DNA of 64,000 bases from Escherichia coli (GTDB taxonomy: Bacteria > Pseudomonadota > Gammaproteobacteria > Enterobacterales > Enterobacteriaceae): NCBI RefSeq assembly GCF_044647545.1, contig NZ_CP172818.1. The stretch is one strand, 5' to 3'. A model generated the notes under the pieces. It worked only from the letters and a program-made list of their open reading frames with translations. It ran no database searches and had not been told where the DNA came from. Below are positions 62,395-64,000 of the stretch, piece after piece. Made by a program: the position numbers and the translations under genes. Numbering within the stretch: the first letter of the stretch is position 1; every line of letters begins with the position of its first letter.

Positions 62395-63462
62395 TTAACT
62401 GAACTTGCTCTGCGCCCAAATCACGCCGCTAGCATATTCTGGCGGCAGCAGCGGGATTAAGGCTTCCAGCGTCGCGGTCAGACGCGATGTGTCGCTGTCG
62501 GTCAAATTTAAATGCCCCACTTTACGCCCCGGACGGACTTCTTTGTCGTACCAGTGCAGATGCACCAGCGGCAGTTTCAGCCAGTCATAATTCACATCGC
62601 TACCAATCAGGTTGATCATCACCGACGGACTATTCACCACCGGTTGTGGTAACGGCAGATCGGTAATCGCCCGCAGATGCAGCTCAAACTGGCTGATGCT
62701 GGCACCGTTTTGCGTCCAGTGCCCACTGTTATGCACACGCGGAGCCAGTTCGTTGATCAGCAGACCTTGTGGGGTGACAAAACACTCCATCGCCATCACG
62801 CCCACATAGCCCAGCTCCTGCATAATCGCCGACAGCATCTCTTCGGCCTGCGCCTGCTGCTGCGCGTTGGCCTGCGGGAAAGCGACGCTGGTGCGCAAAA
62901 TACCGTCCTGATGCAGGTTATGCGTCAGCGGATAAAACACGGTACTACCATCAAAGCCGCGCGCGCCAACCAGCGACACTTCACCAGAGAAGTTTATGCC
63001 CTGCTCGACAATACATTCGCCGTAGCATTCAGTCGGTAACTGTTCGGTTTCATCGGCGCGTAAACGCCATTGACCGCGTCCGTCATAGCCACCAGTGCGA
63101 CGCTTAACAATCGCCAGCTCACCTAAACGCTTAAACACCGCAGGCCACTCGCTGCGATCGGCAAGTAACTGCCACGGTGCGGTCGGCAGGTGGAGCTTAT
63201 CGAAAAGCTGCTTCTGAGTCAGACGGTCAGCAATAATCGGGAACACATCGCGGTTCACAAAGGCCGGATGGCGCGCCAGCTCGCGGGTTAATGCGGTTTC
63301 CGGCCAGCGTTCGATCTCAGCGGTAATCACACTTTGTTGAAAAGGCACCGCCGCCGGTTCAGCGTCCAGCCCGACTGGCCAGACAGCAATGCCTAACGGT
63401 TCGCCTGCCTGACGCAGCATACGGCCTAACTGCCCGTTCCCGAGGACGCAAACCTGTTTCAT
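62395..63462 (-). CDS. purK: N5-carboxyaminoimidazole ribonucleotide synthase
   Basis: 355-aa [39 protein letters not shown] (ATP-grasp); start overlaps the purE stop (ATGA). Confidence 0.96.
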   Translation of the reverse strand: MKQVCVLGNGQLGRMLRQAGEPLGIAVWPVGLDAEPAAVPFQQSVITAEIERWPETALTRELARHPAFVNRDVFPIIADRLTQKQLFDKLHLPTAPWQLLADRSEWPAVFKRLGELAIVKRRTGGYDGRGQWRLRADETEQLPTECYGECIVEQGINFSGEVSLVGARGFDGSTVFYPLTHNLHQDGILRTSVAFPQANAQQQAQAEEMLSAIMQELGYVGVMAMECFVTPQGLLINELAPRVHNSGHWTQNGASISQFELHLRAITDLPLPQPVVNSPSVMINLIGSDVNYDWLKLPLVHLHWYDKEVRPGRKVGHLNLTDSDTSRLTATLEALIPLLPPEYASGVIWAQSKFS

Positions 63463-63968
63463 GCCGCACCTCGCGGGTCCGGGTTTTCCAGCACTTCGTC
63501 AGTCTGGGCTTTGCGCCAGTCATTCAGACGCTGGTGCAGTTCTTTATCATGAGTCGCAAGAATTTGTGCTGCCAGTAACGCCGCGTTTGCCGCGCCAGCT
63601 TTACCAATCGCCAGCGTACCCACCGGAATGCCGCGCGGCATTTGTACGATGGAGTAGAGACTATCGACACCGCTCAGTGCGGCGCTCTGTACTGGCACGC
63701 CCAGCACTGGCACCAGCGTTTTGGTGGCAATCATGCCAGGCAGGTGCGCTGCGCCGCCTGCGCCCGCAATAATCACCTGATAACCGTTCTCTTCGGCGCT
63801 TTCGGCGAAGCTGAACAGTTTATCGGGGGTGCGGTGAGCAGAAACCACTTCAACGTGGTGCGGGACATTCAGGATTTCGAAGATTTCGGCGGCGAACTGC
63901 ATGGTAGCCCAGTCGCTTTTGGACCCCATCACGATGGCGACACGCGCCGGATTATTGCGGGAAGACAT
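63459..63968 (-). CDS. purE: N5-carboxyaminoimidazole ribonucleotide mutase
   Basis: Track ORF 63459..63995 trimmed to ATG at 63968 ([52 protein letters not shown]). Confidence 0.95.
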   Translation of the reverse strand: MSSRNNPARVAIVMGSKSDWATMQFAAEIFEILNVPHHVEVVSAHRTPDKLFSFAESAEENGYQVIIAGAGGAAHLPGMIATKTLVPVLGVPVQSAALSGVDSLYSIVQMPRGIPVGTLAIGKAGAANAALLAAQILATHDKELHQRLNDWRKAQTDEVLENPDPRGAA

Positions 63969-64000
63969 GCGTCTTAAAACTCCTGTGGTACACAACTCTC

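Overview
This window reads as a contiguous, gene-dense stretch of Escherichia coli core chromosome, and I find no inserted or novel gene system in it. It runs from the 5' part of acrB (truncated at the window edge) through acrA/acrR, mscK, ybaM, priC, ybaN, apt-dnaX-ybaB-recR, htpG, adk, hemH, aes, gsk, ybaL, fsr, ushA, ybaK, the ChiX sRNA, ybaP, ybaQ, copA, glsA-ybaT, cueR, ybbJ-qmcA, fetAB, cnoX, ybbO, tesA, ybbA-ybbP, selU, the complete allantoin cluster (allS, allA, allR, gcl-hyi-glxR-ybbW-allB-ybbY-glxK, allE-allC-allD, fdrA-ylbE-ylbF-ybcF) and purK-purE. I support 55 protein-coding genes and one sRNA, all recognised from their translated sequences by recall rather than any search. There is no transposase, integrase, phage gene, CRISPR array or tRNA/rRNA. 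Relative to K-12 gene order as I remember it, the only rearrangement is that no Rhs element lies between ybbP and selU. Two short spans are genuinely anomalous: homopolymer-rich low-complexity tracts at about 26090-26347 (ybaP-ybaQ intergenic) and about 40705-40995 (3' end of ybbP). They have no coding structure and most likely reflect sequence corruption or an assembly artefact; the second makes the ybbP ORF read through into nonsense. The remaining findings are known recoding sites, operators, terminators and REP/BIME repeats that can be seen directly in the sequence.
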